Shown here: positions 62,101 to 64,000 of the stretch, one piece after another
How positions within the stretch are numbered: the first letter of the stretch is position 1
Layout: each line of letters opens with the position of its first letter
Assembly: GCA_043228905.1 (NCBI GenBank)
Contig: JBHGNT010000018.1
Coordinates: 12,090,001-12,154,000, forward strand
Length of the DNA stretch: 64,000 nucleotides
DNA from: Azolla caroliniana
Lineage: Eukaryota > Plantae > Polypodiophyta
Reading direction: 5' to 3'
Made by a program: the position numbers and the translations under genes
The notes under the pieces: generated by a model
Told to the model about the DNA's origin: nothing
The model's database searches: none
What the model saw: only the letters and a program-made list of their open reading frames with translations

Positions 62101-63720
62101 TACTTCACCACCAGTCGTACATTGAATCGGCGGCAAGCCTTTTCTCGCCGACTACGACTTTGAGATCTTGAATCGACCCGGAGTTCAACATGGGAAAGTT
62201 GACGCCCTCTCTCGGCAACCTCATTTTGCATTGCGCCCAGGAGATGATGCATATTCACAACAATCCCATAGTTTGATGTGGCCTGATCAACTTCAGATGT
62301 TCACCACCTGCATGTTACATGATGATTCTTTGCTCAACGAGATCGCCACGACAACAGTGTCAGACCCATTCGCCAAAGAAATCATGGGCCGCAAGCTCAT
62401 ATCTCAACCAATTTACAACCCGGGATGGGTTACTATATCGTAATCATCTCTTGTACGTTCCCGAATGATCATGTCGTACACGGGTTCTACAAAACTGTCA
62501 TGATGATCCTCTTGCCAGCCACTTTGGGATTACGAAAACCCTGGAATTGCTATCTCGTGGGTTTTGGTGGCCCCAACCTTGGAAATTTGTCAAGAAATTT
62601 ATCAAGACATGTGATGTATGTGCTCATCCCCATCGGCCATATGATCTTCTCCACCCGCTCCCCATTCCACGTCGACCATGGGTCTCACTATCCATGGACT
62701 TTATCACCGACTTGCCTCTGGTTGGTGGACATGACACGGTGCTAGTCATTGTCGACCGGTTTTCGAAAATGGCTCAATGTTTTCTATGTTCCAAAACAAT
62801 TTCCAGGGAAGAGACAACTAATCTTTTTCTTCAAAATGTTGTTTGATTACACAGCTTACCCGAGGATATCACCTCTAATCGAGGTTCTCAGTTCATTTCC
62901 CACTTTTGGCGACAACTTCTACAAACATTCGGGACTTCTGTCAACTTGTCCTCAACATACCATCCTCAAACTGATGGACAAATGGAGCGAGTCAACCAAA
63001 TCCTAGAATAATACCTTCAGTGTACCGTGAGCTACCAACAGGAGGATTGGGTGGACTTCCTTACAATGGCGGAATTTGCTTACAATAATAGTATCCATGC
63101 TTCGACTAAGGTTTCCCCCTTCTTTGCAAACTATGGATTTCACCCTCGTTTCAGCATTTCCATACTTGCAACTTCGGTCAATCCTTCGGTAGAGACGCGT
63201 GCCCGCGCTTTACACGATGTCCATCGTGTCCTCTCCTTGGAGATCCGTGTTGCTCGTGACCACTATAAAGATCAAGCGAACCGACATCGCTTAGCTGCAC
63301 TGACGTTTGCAAGCGGGGACATGGTTTGGCTGTTACGTCGTCACATCGCCACCACACGTCCTTGTGCGAATTTGGACTACAAAAGACTAGGCCCCTTTCG
63401 TATCATCAAGCGGATCAACCCAATCGCCTTCCGGTTAGCACTTCCTCCAACATTCAAGATTCACCATGTTTTTCACATTTCCCTCCTTGAACTCTACCAT
63501 CCTTCTCAAATTCCAGGATGACACCCTCCTCCACCACCAACCTGAGGTTGACCAAATCCTCGACTCTCGATATCGTCGTCGACAGCTCCAATATTTGGTC
63601 TTATGGAAAGGTTACTCCATTTCGGACGCCACATGGGAACCAGTTACACATTTACAAAATGCTCCGGAGGCCATTCGCAATTTTCATTAACGATACCCAC
63701 ATAAACTAGGTACGAGTCCC
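59187..63720 (+). pseudogene. RT-10 gag-pol, disrupted
   Basis: [44 protein letters not shown], integrase and chromodomain fragments. Confidence 0.9.
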
Positions 63721-63746
63721 GGGAAGCAACCTTAGAGGGAGGATAA

Positions 63747-64000
63747 TGTCATAGACACAATGGAATATAGGGGGTTGAACCCATGACCTCTTGGTCTTAT
63801 AGGGCAACCTTACCAATTAAGCTACATTCCATCCATGCATTATTGTATTGTATAAGTTTCAACTTATTACATTGTAAGTTAATCACTAGAACTTTCAAGA
63901 AACTTCTAGAGAATGCATAGACAACCACTCTCTAGAAGTTTCCATGCATTCTCTAGATGTTTCCTAGCTTACATGCGTACCACCACATTCTTGTATAAAT
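63747..64000 (+). repeat. RT-10 3' LTR (partial)
   Basis: Direct repeat of 58702 onward. Confidence 0.92.
63761..63831 (-). ncRNA. tRNA-like cassette (71 nt) in the RT-10 3' LTR
   Basis: TGGAATG-TAGCTTAATTGG...AGGTC-ATGGG-TTCAACC-CCCTA-TATTCCA; B box GGTTCAACCCC. Confidence 0.75.

Larger units (their letters stand above)
58702..64000 (+). mobile_element. RT-10: Tcn1-like chromovirus, degenerate; 3' LTR cut by the window end
   Basis: LTRs 58702-59159 and 63747 to beyond 64000; PPT AGAGGGAGGATAA; chromodomain [23 protein letters not shown]. Confidence 0.94.

Overview
Eukaryotic, land-plant DNA, most likely from a bryophyte or another plant with flagellated sperm (inferred from the retroelement lineages and the one host gene). 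About 80% of the window is nested LTR retrotransposons, labelled RT-1 to RT-10 here. They comprise three Tcn1-like self-priming chromoviruses (RT-1, RT-6, RT-10), two Phygy-like Gypsy elements (RT-2, RT-9), two tRNA-Met-primed Gypsy relatives (RT-5, RT-8), an Athila/Tat-like element with a long extra ORF (RT-7), and Copia elements (RT-3, RT-4, solo LTRs). One intact 9-exon host gene (13907-20157, 436 aa) encodes an RSPH14/RTDR1-like radial-spoke armadillo protein. The most striking signal is in the three self-priming families, whose LTRs otherwise differ. Each carries, at the U3 tip, an antisense, outward-facing tRNA-like cassette with A and B boxes at tRNA spacing, followed by a heat-shock-element array, a TATA box and a self-primer. 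All coordinates and alignments were read by eye; no database searches were run.
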